DNA from: a virus
Length of the DNA stretch: 64,000 nucleotides
Strand: one strand, 5' to 3'
Virus record (IMG/VR): IMGVR_UViG_3300037086_000474
Coordinates: 48,463 to 112,462 of that record
A program made the translations under genes and the position numbers. Below the pieces are notes generated by a model. It was not told the DNA's origin. It saw only the letters and a list, made by a program, of their open reading frames with translations, and made no database searches. Shown here piece after piece: positions 1 to 10,280 of the stretch (positions are counted from its first letter, which is position 1; the number at the start of each line of letters is the position of its first letter).

Positions 1-2
1 AA

Positions 3-101
3 GTTCATTCCTATTGGATTAGAGATGATGGCAAATGGGTGGATAATGGAAGGGACATGATTAGAGGGCTTTTCAAATTTGTTGGAGGATATGATTACTA
101 A
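3..101 (+). CDS. 3' end of a small protein of the C-terminal-motif family (partial)
   Basis: Frame 3 reads VHSYWIRDDGKWVDNGRDMIRGLFKFVGGYDY*; its TAA overlaps the ATG at 101. Confidence 0.6.
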   Translation, partial: VHSYWIRDDGKWVDNGRDMIRGLFKFVGGYDY

Positions 102-445
102 TGCCAGAACCTTATCGATATAAAACACAGATTTTTGCAGTTGACGTTTTGGGAGAACCAGTCCCAAACAAAGTAGATAGATACTCAGAAGAACCAAGCG
201 TTCATGTCAGTTTTGATACTAGAGACACTGAACGATATGCAGACCACGTGGCCAAGGCTTATCATAAAGCCAAACGCATCGAGTGGCAAAAATCATATAA
301 AGAACTTATGATGAATAAAAGAGCAGATCAAGCAATTGCTAGAGGGGTTGCTCTTTCTTCTACCCCCTTTGATGCAGACGAATATGAAAAGAGATATGGT
401 GCAAATCTTGTAAGGACTACTGCCGTTCCCAAGGATGCTATGTAA
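101..445 (+). CDS. hypothetical protein
   Basis: 114-aa ORF with GGAGG upstream, in a tightly packed operon. Confidence 0.7.
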   Translation: MPEPYRYKTQIFAVDVLGEPVPNKVDRYSEEPSVHVSFDTRDTERYADHVAKAYHKAKRIEWQKSYKELMMNKRADQAIARGVALSSTPFDADEYEKRYGANLVRTTAVPKDAM

Positions 446-447
446 AG

Positions 448-732
448 ATGATTAGTCTTGAGAATGTAATTGAAACATACAGAAACAAAGGCAAAGACTA
501 TCGCTCATTTGAATATCTCGGTCTAGAGACAGATTGCTCATATAAGGGATATCAACATGAGTGGGAATGTAGAGTGGGTGGCATAATAGATATGCGAGGT
601 CGATATAGTCCATATTATTTTACAATAAAAAGACTAACAATAAAGGCATTGGCAGAGGCGCTTGAGAATATGTTTAGGAGAAATGAAGTCAAGAAACTTT
701 TTTTTGATAAAATTTTTGAGGTTGCTAGATGA
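448..732 (+). CDS. small protein, C-terminal-motif family
   Basis: Ends KKLFFDKIFEVAR; ATGA overlap with next gene. Confidence 0.7.
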   Translation: MISLENVIETYRNKGKDYRSFEYLGLETDCSYKGYQHEWECRVGGIIDMRGRYSPYYFTIKRLTIKALAEALENMFRRNEVKKLFFDKIFEVAR

Positions 733-1004
733 TCAAACTGTACACTTGGTGCTTTTATACTCCAGATGGAACTCGTACTTATTTTTTCAGTCTCAATGAA
801 GAAAAGACTGTTGGAAAGGGGATTACATTTCCAAAATGGGCTGAGAAACCTATCTATCAATGGGATGCAATAGCTCACAAAGAAGATCCTGAAAACTGGG
901 TTAATGCCCACAAGCCAAAGGAATTTTCTAGAAAAGTAATTAGCTTTATTTTTGAAGACACTGCTTATGTCAAAAAGGTATGGGACCCATTCGATGAGTA
1001 CTGA
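729..1004 (+). CDS. small protein, C-terminal-motif family
   Basis: RKVISFIFED near C-terminus. Confidence 0.7.
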   Translation: MIKLYTWCFYTPDGTRTYFFSLNEEKTVGKGITFPKWAEKPIYQWDAIAHKEDPENWVNAHKPKEFSRKVISFIFEDTAYVKKVWDPFDEY

Positions 1005-1353
1005 TGTAGAAACAGGACAATGGATGACACGACAAATAGGAGCTCCTGGAACACACCTGGAACTATTTTTCTCTCTTGGTGACGCACACATCAAGAGCTT
1101 TATGAGAGGTGGTTGGATGGACGCAATACAGTGTGGATCGATTGGAAACAACTATCTTAGACAACTGACTTGCACTTTGTATGAAACATCTAAACATCTC
1201 AGGAGAACAGCTATTCAATATGCTTCAAAACCAAGGCTTCTAACTCCAAAAGAACTGAGACTAGTGAAGAAAGAAATAAAAGAATGGGAAGAAGGCCCAA
1301 GACAGATATTTATGAAGTGTATTTTTGAAAATCCAAATTCGAGAGTTCGATAA
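994..1353 (+). CDS. small protein, C-terminal-motif family; paralogue of 1353..1685
   Basis: Likely ATG at 994; GQWMTR...GWMDAIQCGSIGNN...RQIFMKCIFEN. Confidence 0.7.
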   Translation: MSTDVETGQWMTRQIGAPGTHLELFFSLGDAHIKSFMRGGWMDAIQCGSIGNNYLRQLTCTLYETSKHLRRTAIQYASKPRLLTPKELRLVKKEIKEWEEGPRQIFMKCIFENPNSRVR

Positions 1354-1685
1354 TGGAAGGCAAGTGGATAACGAGAGACGAAGGTGGTGACGATCGTTTG
1401 CTCTACTTTTGCATAAGTGGTGGACATGTTGATGATGCGCACGACGGATGGTTTGAAGCAATAAAATGTGGAAGTTTTGGGACCAATATAAATGGCAAAG
1501 ACTTTTGTTTGATTTACGATAGTCCTGATGGTATGTGGAAAACAGGCATATGGGATCAATCGGATCCAAAATATTTAAATGCGAATGAAGAAAAACTCTT
1601 CAAAGCAGCATTCAAAAGATGGGGAAAAACTGGTCGAAGATTGTTTGTGAAAATATTTTTCGAGGATATGAAATGGAAGAAGTAA
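1353..1685 (+). CDS. small protein, C-terminal-motif family; paralogue of 994..1353
   Basis: GKWITR...GWFEAIKCGSFGTN...RRLFVKIFFED. Confidence 0.75.
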   Translation: MEGKWITRDEGGDDRLLYFCISGGHVDDAHDGWFEAIKCGSFGTNINGKDFCLIYDSPDGMWKTGIWDQSDPKYLNANEEKLFKAAFKRWGKTGRRLFVKIFFEDMKWKK

Positions 1686-1906
1686 AGCAAGAATGCGATG
1701 AACTCAAAGAGTTCTTAGACGTAGAAAGAAGAATTATTCTCAAACACATTGACAGCCACAAATGGTTCAATGGCATTGCTGATAAAAATGAAGCCATTGC
1801 AGACTTCATTTCCCGTTATGCATGGCTTATCCGGGAAACTTACTGCATGAGCATTTGTGGCAATAGCAAGAATTGTGCTGTTTTGGATAGCTTGGAAGAA
1901 AAATGA
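1673..1906 (+). CDS. hypothetical helical protein with C-terminal Cys cluster
   Basis: GAGG upstream of ATG 1673; HIDSHKWF motif; CxxxCxxxxxC tail. Confidence 0.6.
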   Translation: MEEVKQECDELKEFLDVERRIILKHIDSHKWFNGIADKNEAIADFISRYAWLIRETYCMSICGNSKNCAVLDSLEEK

Positions 1907-2247
1907 AATCAGATACTAAGTTTAGAATTGGTGCCACAGTCTATTGGGCTGAAATAGATAATGCTAATTTATCACATCAGCCTGACGGTGTCAATCTTTT
2001 TAGTGGAACTGTAATTGAAGACAAGATGAGTCAGGACAGTCCATATATCAAATTCAAAGAGATACTTTACCACGTTGGAAAATACACTTATGCTGGTGAA
2101 GGACGAAAATTGGATCCAGTACATCAAAATGCTAGGTTCAGCCTCTATGGATTTATCAACTCAATGCATTATAAGATTTTCAAAAAACTAGAAAAGGCTC
2201 AGAAAGATATGATTGTTCGTATCTTTGAAAAAGAAAAATGGCTCTAA
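1903..2247 (+). CDS. small protein, C-terminal-motif family; paralogue of 2238..2549
   Basis: TVYWAEIDN...PDGVNLFSGTV...QKDMIVRIFEK. Confidence 0.75.
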   Translation: MKSDTKFRIGATVYWAEIDNANLSHQPDGVNLFSGTVIEDKMSQDSPYIKFKEILYHVGKYTYAGEGRKLDPVHQNARFSLYGFINSMHYKIFKKLEKAQKDMIVRIFEKEKWL

Positions 2248-2549
2248 AAAGATCTCTTTACGATGATGAGACCGTTTATTGGGTAGAAGTGGAGAATAGC
2301 AAAAACATTCCATTTATTGAAAATCCAGATGGTGTTTTTCTTTATCGTGGCAAGGTTCAATACACATATGAAAGTGGGCGCTATTATGTCAATAATATGG
2401 AATTGTTGTTCTCTACAGACGATAAAAAGAGATCAAAATATGGAAAAAGAGATGCAGATTTCCATAACCAGGACACGCTTTTTGACAATCTGCAAAAGGT
2501 GAAGAAAGAAATGATACGGATGATGTTCCAAAAACAACACTGGATGTAA
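2238..2549 (+). CDS. small protein, C-terminal-motif family; paralogue of 1903..2247
   Basis: TVYWVEVEN...PDGVFLYRGKV...KKEMIRMMFQK. Confidence 0.75.
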   Translation: MALKRSLYDDETVYWVEVENSKNIPFIENPDGVFLYRGKVQYTYESGRYYVNNMELLFSTDDKKRSKYGKRDADFHNQDTLFDNLQKVKKEMIRMMFQKQHWM

Positions 2550-2596
2550 GATAAAAAATCCTGGCCAACAAAGATAGTCGTAGGAGCTAATACAGA

Positions 2597-5500
2597 ATGG
2601 CTGAAAATTATCGCATAGTAGAAATAAATGGCCTAGCCATTGATCCAATCACTCAAAAAATGCCAGTAGAAATTACTGCTGAGCCACACGCTCTTTTTGG
2701 AGTTGAACATTATGGCTTGTTAGATGACAGTCAAATTCCTAGTGGAATAATGAGAGATCTCGAACATCAGCTCGATCCTCATACTATGATAATTGATGGA
2801 AGAGATGTTTCAGTGGATGGAACAAAACTCGATACAATTGAAACAGGCGCTGAAGTAAACAATCTCACTGATCAACAAGCTCAGAGTTTGACATCTGGAA
2901 TTGATTGTAATTGGCACACCCATGACAATAGATATTTCACTAAAGCCCAGCTTTCAACATCAGGAATGTCGATGGTTGATTGGGGAAATATCACAGATGC
3001 TCCGACAGCATTCAATCCGACTATTGCTACTACCTCCACTCTTGGTGGAGTTATTATTGGAAGTGGTGTCAATGTTTCTTCAAATGGAACAATTAGTGTC
3101 ACTCCGTATACTCTTCCCAAAGCGACACAAACAACTCTTGGTGGAGTGATTATAGGGCACGATATCAATATCGATGTCAATGGTGTCATCAGCATCGACA
3201 ATTACGAACCATATATGATGGAGCCTGTTATTTCTGGATACTTGCTCTCTTCAAGTGCCGCGGGACTTCGCCATTGGGTTCCACCCTATTCATTACCTCC
3301 GGCCACAACTTCTACACTTGGTGGAGTTGTTGTAGGAACCAACATTGGAGTTGATGCTAATGGAACAATAAGTGTCACCAATATTCCTTGGTCAATTATT
3401 TCATCAACACCAACTTCTATTGCTGGGTACGGAATTGTTCTCACGTTTTCCAACATCACAACTGCTCTTGGTTACACTCCAATCAATGTCAATCAAATTG
3501 GCGTTGCAAATGGTCTCGCTACGCTTGATGGTTCAGGACATTTGACCAATTCTCAAATTCCTCTATCTCTTATTGGAGCACTCGTTTATCAGGGAGTTTG
3601 GGATGCCAATACAAACACTCCACATTTAGTATCTGGAGTTGGAACAAAAGGATGGTATTATAAAGTTAGTGTGGCTGGTTCGACAAATATTGATGGAACG
3701 ACTTCTTGGGATATTGGAGATTTGATTATATTTGATGGAACGACTTGGGATGCAGTTGAAGAAGTGGCACCAGCAGTTGACAGTTTCAATGGAAGAACCG
3801 GCAATGTTGTACTTTCTTCTTCAGATGTCACAACAGCTCTTACATATACTCCATACAATGTCACAAACCCTGCTGGCTATTTGACACTTTCTACACTTCC
3901 AATTGGCTCAACAACAGTTCAAGGTATTTTGGAAGTTGGTGGTGAATTAGGTGTCTCAAATGGTGTAGTGTCCTATACACTTCCACAAGCCACGACTTCT
4001 ACTTTAGGTGGAGTAATTGTAGGAACAGGACTTTCTGTTTCTGCTGGAAATATCAGTATTGTTTATGCAGGAACGGGTTCCATTAATTCAGCTTCTCACA
4101 GCGATCATACTCATTCTAATGGCTCCAACATTGGTGGCCCCTATGAACTCGCTGATGGAAATCCATCAGCTGATGGTTATTTGTTTTCATCCACAATTCT
4201 TGGTTCGAGATCTTGGGTGGCTCCATATTCTTTGCCAGCGGCAACATCCTTTGCTCTAGGTGGAGTAAAGATTGGATCCAACATTGATGTTGAGAGTGAT
4301 GGAACAATCAGTGTCACTTTCCCAGCTGCCTATTCTCTTCCAATTGCATCTTCTTCGGTTCTTGGAGGAATAAAGATTGGGGCAAATGTTTCAGTTGCTG
4401 GTGACGGAACCATTTCTGTTGCAATTCCATATGTTCTTCCACCTGCGACCACTTCTGTTCTTGGTGGAGTAATTGTTGGAAGCAACATTAGTGTTGATGT
4501 GAATGGTGTAATTAGTATAACTGGATACGAATTAGCACTTGGAAATCCATCGACCAATGGCTACCTGCTCTCATCAACAACTTCTGGCACCAGATCTTGG
4601 GTTGCACCATATTCTCTTCCTGCCGCTACTTCTTCTGTTCTTGGAGGAGTAATTATTGGAAGTGGCATCAACAATAGCAGTGGAACTATTTCAGTAACTC
4701 CATATTCTCTTCCTGCCGCTACTTCTTCTGTTCTTGGAGGAGTAATTATTGGAAGTGGCATCAACAATAGCAGTGGAACTATTTCAGTAACTCCATATTC
4801 TCTTCCTGCCGCTACTACTTCTGTTCTTGGTGGAATAATAGTAGGAACCAACATTTCAGTTTCTTCTGGAACTATATCAGTTGCTACTGCCACCACGGCA
4901 GTTCTTGGTGTTGTCAAAGTAGGAACCAACATTACTGTATCGTCTGGAACTATATCAGTTGCTACTGCCACCACGGCAGTTCTTGGTGTTGTCAAAGTAG
5001 GAACTAATATTTCAGTAGCTTCTGGAGTTATTTCTGTTGCGACAGCTACTTCATCGGTGCTTGGACTTGTAAAGCCAGATGGAACCATTATTACCATATC
5101 CTCTGGAGCCATCACTGTTGCCACCTCTACAACAGCGGCTCTTGGTGTTGTGAAGCCAGATGGAACAACAATTACTATTGCCGCTGGAGTTATTTCGGCG
5201 ACACAATACTCTTTGCCAACAGCATCTACCACAGTTCTTGGTGGAGTAAAGATTGATGGATCCACCATCACTATTTCTGGTGGAGTAATTTCTGCTCCAT
5301 ATACCTATACTTTGCCATCTGCAACAACCGTCACTCTTGGTGGAGTGATCATTGGAAGTGGCATCACCCTTTCAAATGATGGAACAATCTCAGTCACTCC
5401 CTACACTCTTTCACAGGCCACGTCTTCCATTTTAGGTGGAGTAATTATTGGAAGTGGTATCAATGTTTCAAATGGAACCATAAGCATTGACAACTATGAA

Positions 5501-8500
5501 TTGGCACTTGGAGATCCAACGGCAGATGGATATTTGCTTTCTTCTACTACATCTGGAACGAGGTCTTGGGTTGCTCCATACTCTTATTCATTACCAGCCG
5601 CCACTACCTCTACTCTTGGAGGAGTGATTGTTGGATCCAACATTTCGGTTTCATCTGGAACGATCAGCATAACTGCAATTCCTTGGTCAATAGTTTCATC
5701 AACACCAACAACAATTTCTGGCTATGGTATTGTGATGACTTCTTCTAATGTCACCACCGCACTCGGATATACTCCAATCAATGTCAATCAGATTGGTGTT
5801 GCCAATGGGCTTGCAACTCTTGATAGTTCAGGTCACCTTACCAATTCACAAATACCCCTTTCATTAGTTGGAGCTCTCGTTTATCAAGGTGTTTGGGATG
5901 CTTCAGCCAACTCTCCTCATCTAACTAGTGGTGTTGGAACTAAAGGGTGGTATTATAAAGTAAGCGTGACTGGAACAACATCTATTGATGGAACATCGGC
6001 TTGGGGTGTTGGTGATCTTCTTATTTTCAATGGAACGACTTGGGATAGTGTTGAAGAAGTTGCTGCTGAGGTCACATCATTCAACACAAGAACTGGTAAT
6101 GTTGTATTAACTTCTTCTGATATTACGACGGCTCTTACATACACTCCATATAATGTCAGTAACCCAGCTGGATATTTGACATTGGCCACACTTCCCATTG
6201 CTTCATCTTCTACTTTTGGTATTGTAGAAATTGGAAGTGGCATTGATATCTCTGGCGGTGTAATTTCAGTCACTCCCTATTCTCTACCAACAGCATCCAC
6301 CACAGTTCTTGGTGGAGTAAAGGTTGATGGTTCTACAATCACAATTTCAAATGGGGTCATAACCGCTCCTTACACCTACACTCTTCCAATCGCTACTTCT
6401 ACAATTCTAGGTGGAGTGAAGATCGGCGCCAATATCAATATTTCAAGTGGCACCATAAGCATTGCTAATTATGAATTGGCTCTTGGAATTCCATCCACAA
6501 ATGGATACTTGCTTTCTTCCACAACCTCTGGAACGAGATCTTGGACTGTTCCATATTCTTTGCCAGTGGCAACATCCTCTGTTCTTGGTGGAGTGATCAT
6601 TGGAAGCGGTATTAATCTAAACAGTGGAACAATTAGTGTCACACCATATTCGCTCCCAACTGCATCCACCACTGTTCTGGGTGGAGTAAAGATTGATGGA
6701 TCTACCATCACAATCTCTAGTGGTGTAATTTCTGCTCCATATATATACACTCTTCCACAGGCCACCACGTCAGTTCTTGGTGGAATTATCATCGGAAGTG
6801 GCATTAATGTTTCAAGTGGAACAATCAGCGTTACTCCATATACTCTTCCAGTTGCCACTTCTTCAATTCTTGGAGGAGTAAAAATTGGAAGCAATATTGC
6901 TGTTGGTGGAGATGGAACTATCAGCATCGCCAACTATGAGTTAGTACTTGGAAATCCATCTACAAATGGATACATTCTTTCATCAACCGCTTCTGGAACA
7001 AGATCTTGGATTGCCCCATATTCTTTGCCAACTGCATCGACTACAGTATTGGGTGGTGTCAAAATTGATGGAACATCTGTAGTTATTTCTAGCGGAATCA
7101 TCTCTGCTACTTACACATACACTCTTCCTGTGGCTACTTCTTCAACCCTTGGAGGAGTTGTTGTTGGATCAGGACTTAGCGTAAATGCTGGAACAATTTC
7201 AGTCAATTTCCCAACTCCATATTCTCTTTCAATTGCAACCTCCTCAACATTGGGTGGAGTGAAGATTGGATCTAACATCAATATTGCTGGCGATGGAACT
7301 ATTTCAATAACTCCATATAGTCTTCCAATTGCAACTTCTTCTGTTCTTGGAGGAGTAAAGATTGGAAACAATATCACTGTTGGTGGTGATGGAACTATAT
7401 CTGTAGCAGCACCATATTCTCTACCAGCAGCAACAACGTCTGCACTTGGTGGAATTATTATAGGAAGCGGTCTTGGTGTGACTAGTGGAGGAACTCTATC
7501 AGTTAATTTTCCAGCATCTTATATTCTTCCAGTCGCTACAGCTTCTGTTTTGGGTGGAGTAAAAATTGGAGCTAATGTTAGTGTGACTGGAGACGGAACC
7601 ATTTCAGTAGCCACTCCATATTCACTACCAACCGCTTCAACCACCATATTAGGTGGTGTAAAAATTGATGGAACAACTGTTACAATTTCATCTGGAATTA
7701 TTTCAGCTCCCTACACATATACTCTTCCACAGGCAACTACTTCTACACTTGGTGGAGTGATAGTTGGGACAGGATTTTCTGTTTCCTTTGGAAACATTTC
7801 AGTGGTATATGCTGGAACTGGTTCAGCTAATTTTGCTGCTCATAGCGATCACAATCACACTGGAATTTATGAACCAGTGCTTGGAAATCCAGGAACGAAT
7901 GGATATATTCTTTCTTCTACAACTAGTGGAACAAGATCTTGGATTGTACCATATTCACTTCCTGCTGCCACAACATCTACGCTTGGTGGAGTGATCGTTG
8001 GAACGAACATCTCCGTATCAGCTGGAACTATCAGTATCACTGCAATTCCTTGGTCCATAATAACATCAACTCCAACCACAATTTCCGGTTATGGAATAGT
8101 TCTTACTTCATCAAACATTACCACTGCCCTTGGATATACTCCAATCAACTCCAACTTAATCGGAGCCGTTAATGGACTTGCCACCCTTGACGTAACAGGC
8201 CACTTGACGACGGCACAAATACCAACTTCTCTTCTTGGTGGTTTGAATTATCAGGGAATTTGGAATGCTTCTACAAACTCCCCTGCTTTGGCCTCTGGTG
8301 TTGGAACTAAAGGGTGGTATTATAAAGTAAGCGTGGCTGGAACAACCTCCATTGATGGAATTTCTGCTTGGGAGCTTGGTGACTTAATCATATTTGACGG
8401 CACTACTTGGGATAGAGTTGAAGGTGGAGTGACAGATGTCACATCTGTTTTTGGCAGAACTGGTGCAGTCACTTTAATATCTTCAGATGTCACTACCGCT

Positions 8501-10264
8501 CTTGGGTATACTCCTTACAATGTCACCAACCCTGCTGGTTACATCACTGCCTCAACAGTTCCAATTGCAACAGCGTCAGTGCTTGGTGGAGTAAAGATTG
8601 GAGCCAATGTAAGTGTTGCAGGAGATGGGACAATCTCTGTTGCAACACCATATTCTTTGCCAACTGCTTCAACAACCGTATTGGGTGGTGTAAAAGTTGA
8701 TGGAGCAACCATTACAATTTCATCTGGAGTGATTAGTGCTCCATATACATATACACTTCCTACCGCCACAACATCTACACTTGGTGGAGTGATTGTGGGC
8801 AGTGGCATCAATTTAGCGTCAGGAACTATATCAGTCACTCCATATTCTTTGCCAACTGCTTCAACAACCGTATTGGGTGGTGTAAAAGTTGATGGAGCAA
8901 CCATTACAATTTCATCTGGAGTGATAAGTGCTGCTACTTATGTTGATGCTCTCGCTACCACTTCTACTGCTGGTGATGTAATAATTGGTACGGGACTTTC
9001 TGTTTCTTCAGGAACTATTTCAGTAATTTATGCCGGAACTGGATCAGCCAATTCCGCTGCTCATAGTGACCATACTCATATCAATTCTTCTTCAATTGGT
9101 GGTCCATATGAACTTACACTCGGAAATCCTGGAAGCAATGGTTATGTTCTTTCTTCTACTACTTCTGGAACTAGATCTTGGGTTGCTCAAAGTTCTTACA
9201 CACTTCCACAGGCCACAGCATCAGTTCTTGGTGGAGTAATTGTAGGATCCAACATTAGTGTTGCTAATGGTGTAATTAGCATTGCCAACTATGAACCAGC
9301 ACTTGGAAATCCGGCAGGAAATGGTTATGTTCTTTCTTCTACGACCGGTGGAGTGAGATCTTGGGTGAGCGTTGCCACCACATTACAAGGTGCCTATAAT
9401 GGTGGCCAAACGGTCAATGTAAGCGGAAGTAACGTGGTATGGCAATTACCAGTCAGTAAGGGATTTGTTATTCAAGATAGCACCGGTGCCAATACCATGT
9501 TCTCAATTTATGGTAATAATACTTCTGGTTCTTTTGGGCTTGCAGGAAATCAATACAGCTCAATTCAGGTTAGTGATGTCCAGCTAGACATCTATTCAAA
9601 TGGAACAGGAAGCTCCATCACAATTCGTTCTGCAGGGACATTGACATTTGATGATAAGTTTACATCGAGTGCCATTTCACTAAGTGAAACTGGTGTAACT
9701 GGTTTGGCAGCTTCATTCTCTGGTCACGCAACCTCCATTATTGGCGCTATCAATTATATGCAGACGGAGGTCATGAGTGGTGGTGTTCAAAATGGTGTTC
9801 TCCAACTCACTAATCAGAGTTCCGCTCCAACTGGTGCCGCTGGCCAGATAGCAATGATTAATAGCGATCTTTATTTTTATGACGCTACAAGAGGAAAGTG
9901 GCTTACTCCATCTAAGACAGCTCAGTGTGCTAAGAATGGAAACTCAAAGGGTTATTATCTCAGATGGCCTGATGGTGCTCCTGGATCTGGAACATCTGGT
10001 CTTACTTTCCACAGAATTGGTACAATTGTTGGAGCCGCCATCAACACTACTACAACCGGAACTCCTGCAGTTGGAATGCACGCGTTCATAACACTCAATG
10101 GTTCTAATGTGGCTACCCTCACATTTGACAGCACGGGAGATGCCCTAAATACAACGTTCAATGTAGATTTCAATCTTCACGATGTTCTAGGAGTGAAAAT
10201 GGACAATGGCACAACTGATTTACAGAACCCAATTGCCAGCATAGAGTATAGTTTTCGTCCGTAA
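2597..10264 (+). CDS. giant repetitive tail/head fibre protein (2555 aa)
   Basis: Dozens of YxLPxATxxxLGGVxxGxxIxxxxGxIS repeats, three YQGxWxA...GWYYKVSV...FxGTTWD modules, HSDHxH motifs, G/S/T-rich; AGGAG SD and AAGATA upstream. Confidence 0.8.
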   Translation: MAENYRIVEINGLAIDPITQKMPVEITAEPHALFGVEHYGLLDDSQIPSGIMRDLEHQLDPHTMIIDGRDVSVDGTKLDTIETGAEVNNLTDQQAQSLTSGIDCNWHTHDNRYFTKAQLSTSGMSMVDWGNITDAPTAFNPTIATTSTLGGVIIGSGVNVSSNGTISVTPYTLPKATQTTLGGVIIGHDINIDVNGVISIDNYEPYMMEPVISGYLLSSSAAGLRHWVPPYSLPPATTSTLGGVVVGTNIGVDANGTISVTNIPWSIISSTPTSIAGYGIVLTFSNITTALGYTPINVNQIGVANGLATLDGSGHLTNSQIPLSLIGALVYQGVWDANTNTPHLVSGVGTKGWYYKVSVAGSTNIDGTTSWDIGDLIIFDGTTWDAVEEVAPAVDSFNGRTGNVVLSSSDVTTALTYTPYNVTNPAGYLTLSTLPIGSTTVQGILEVGGELGVSNGVVSYTLPQATTSTLGGVIVGTGLSVSAGNISIVYAGTGSINSASHSDHTHSNGSNIGGPYELADGNPSADGYLFSSTILGSRSWVAPYSLPAATSFALGGVKIGSNIDVESDGTISVTFPAAYSLPIASSSVLGGIKIGANVSVAGDGTISVAIPYVLPPATTSVLGGVIVGSNISVDVNGVISITGYELALGNPSTNGYLLSSTTSGTRSWVAPYSLPAATSSVLGGVIIGSGINNSSGTISVTPYSLPAATSSVLGGVIIGSGINNSSGTISVTPYSLPAATTSVLGGIIVGTNISVSSGTISVATATTAVLGVVKVGTNITVSSGTISVATATTAVLGVVKVGTNISVASGVISVATATSSVLGLVKPDGTIITISSGAITVATSTTAALGVVKPDGTTITIAAGVISATQYSLPTASTTVLGGVKIDGSTITISGGVISAPYTYTLPSATTVTLGGVIIGSGITLSNDGTISVTPYTLSQATSSILGGVIIGSGINVSNGTISIDNYELALGDPTADGYLLSSTTSGTRSWVAPYSYSLPAATTSTLGGVIVGSNISVSSGTISITAIPWSIVSSTPTTISGYGIVMTSSNVTTALGYTPINVNQIGVANGLATLDSSGHLTNSQIPLSLVGALVYQGVWDASANSPHLTSGVGTKGWYYKVSVTGTTSIDGTSAWGVGDLLIFNGTTWDSVEEVAAEVTSFNTRTGNVVLTSSDITTALTYTPYNVSNPAGYLTLATLPIASSSTFGIVEIGSGIDISGGVISVTPYSLPTASTTVLGGVKVDGSTITISNGVITAPYTYTLPIATSTILGGVKIGANINISSGTISIANYELALGIPSTNGYLLSSTTSGTRSWTVPYSLPVATSSVLGGVIIGSGINLNSGTISVTPYSLPTASTTVLGGVKIDGSTITISSGVISAPYIYTLPQATTSVLGGIIIGSGINVSSGTISVTPYTLPVATSSILGGVKIGSNIAVGGDGTISIANYELVLGNPSTNGYILSSTASGTRSWIAPYSLPTASTTVLGGVKIDGTSVVISSGIISATYTYTLPVATSSTLGGVVVGSGLSVNAGTISVNFPTPYSLSIATSSTLGGVKIGSNINIAGDGTISITPYSLPIATSSVLGGVKIGNNITVGGDGTISVAAPYSLPAATTSALGGIIIGSGLGVTSGGTLSVNFPASYILPVATASVLGGVKIGANVSVTGDGTISVATPYSLPTASTTILGGVKIDGTTVTISSGIISAPYTYTLPQATTSTLGGVIVGTGFSVSFGNISVVYAGTGSANFAAHSDHNHTGIYEPVLGNPGTNGYILSSTTSGTRSWIVPYSLPAATTSTLGGVIVGTNISVSAGTISITAIPWSIITSTPTTISGYGIVLTSSNITTALGYTPINSNLIGAVNGLATLDVTGHLTTAQIPTSLLGGLNYQGIWNASTNSPALASGVGTKGWYYKVSVAGTTSIDGISAWELGDLIIFDGTTWDRVEGGVTDVTSVFGRTGAVTLISSDVTTALGYTPYNVTNPAGYITASTVPIATASVLGGVKIGANVSVAGDGTISVATPYSLPTASTTVLGGVKVDGATITISSGVISAPYTYTLPTATTSTLGGVIVGSGINLASGTISVTPYSLPTASTTVLGGVKVDGATITISSGVISAATYVDALATTSTAGDVIIGTGLSVSSGTISVIYAGTGSANSAAHSDHTHINSSSIGGPYELTLGNPGSNGYVLSSTTSGTRSWVAQSSYTLPQATASVLGGVIVGSNISVANGVISIANYEPALGNPAGNGYVLSSTTGGVRSWVSVATTLQGAYNGGQTVNVSGSNVVWQLPVSKGFVIQDSTGANTMFSIYGNNTSGSFGLAGNQYSSIQVSDVQLDIYSNGTGSSITIRSAGTLTFDDKFTSSAISLSETGVTGLAASFSGHATSIIGAINYMQTEVMSGGVQNGVLQLTNQSSAPTGAAGQIAMINSDLYFYDATRGKWLTPSKTAQCAKNGNSKGYYLRWPDGAPGSGTSGLTFHRIGTIVGAAINTTTTGTPAVGMHAFITLNGSNVATLTFDSTGDALNTTFNVDFNLHDVLGVKMDNGTTDLQNPIASIEYSFRP
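4607..4815 (+). repeat. exact 93-bp tandem repeat (two copies plus a partial) inside the fibre gene
   Basis: ccatattctcttcctgccgctact...tcagtaact begins at 4607, 4700 and 4793. Confidence 0.9.
4865..5005 (+). repeat. near-exact 78-bp-period tandem repeat inside the fibre gene
   Basis: tctggaactatatcagttgctactgccaccacggcagttcttggtgttgtcaaagtaggaac at 4865 and 4943. Confidence 0.85.
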
Positions 10265-10280
10265 TTTTTAGGGAGTAAAT

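Noticed and set aside
2881-10173. Many antisense ORFs such as 4561..5271, and similar ones opposite rtcB, rIIA, pncB and the methyltransferase
   Set aside because: They are shadows of biased or repetitive sense-strand codons, with no SD or recognisable motif.
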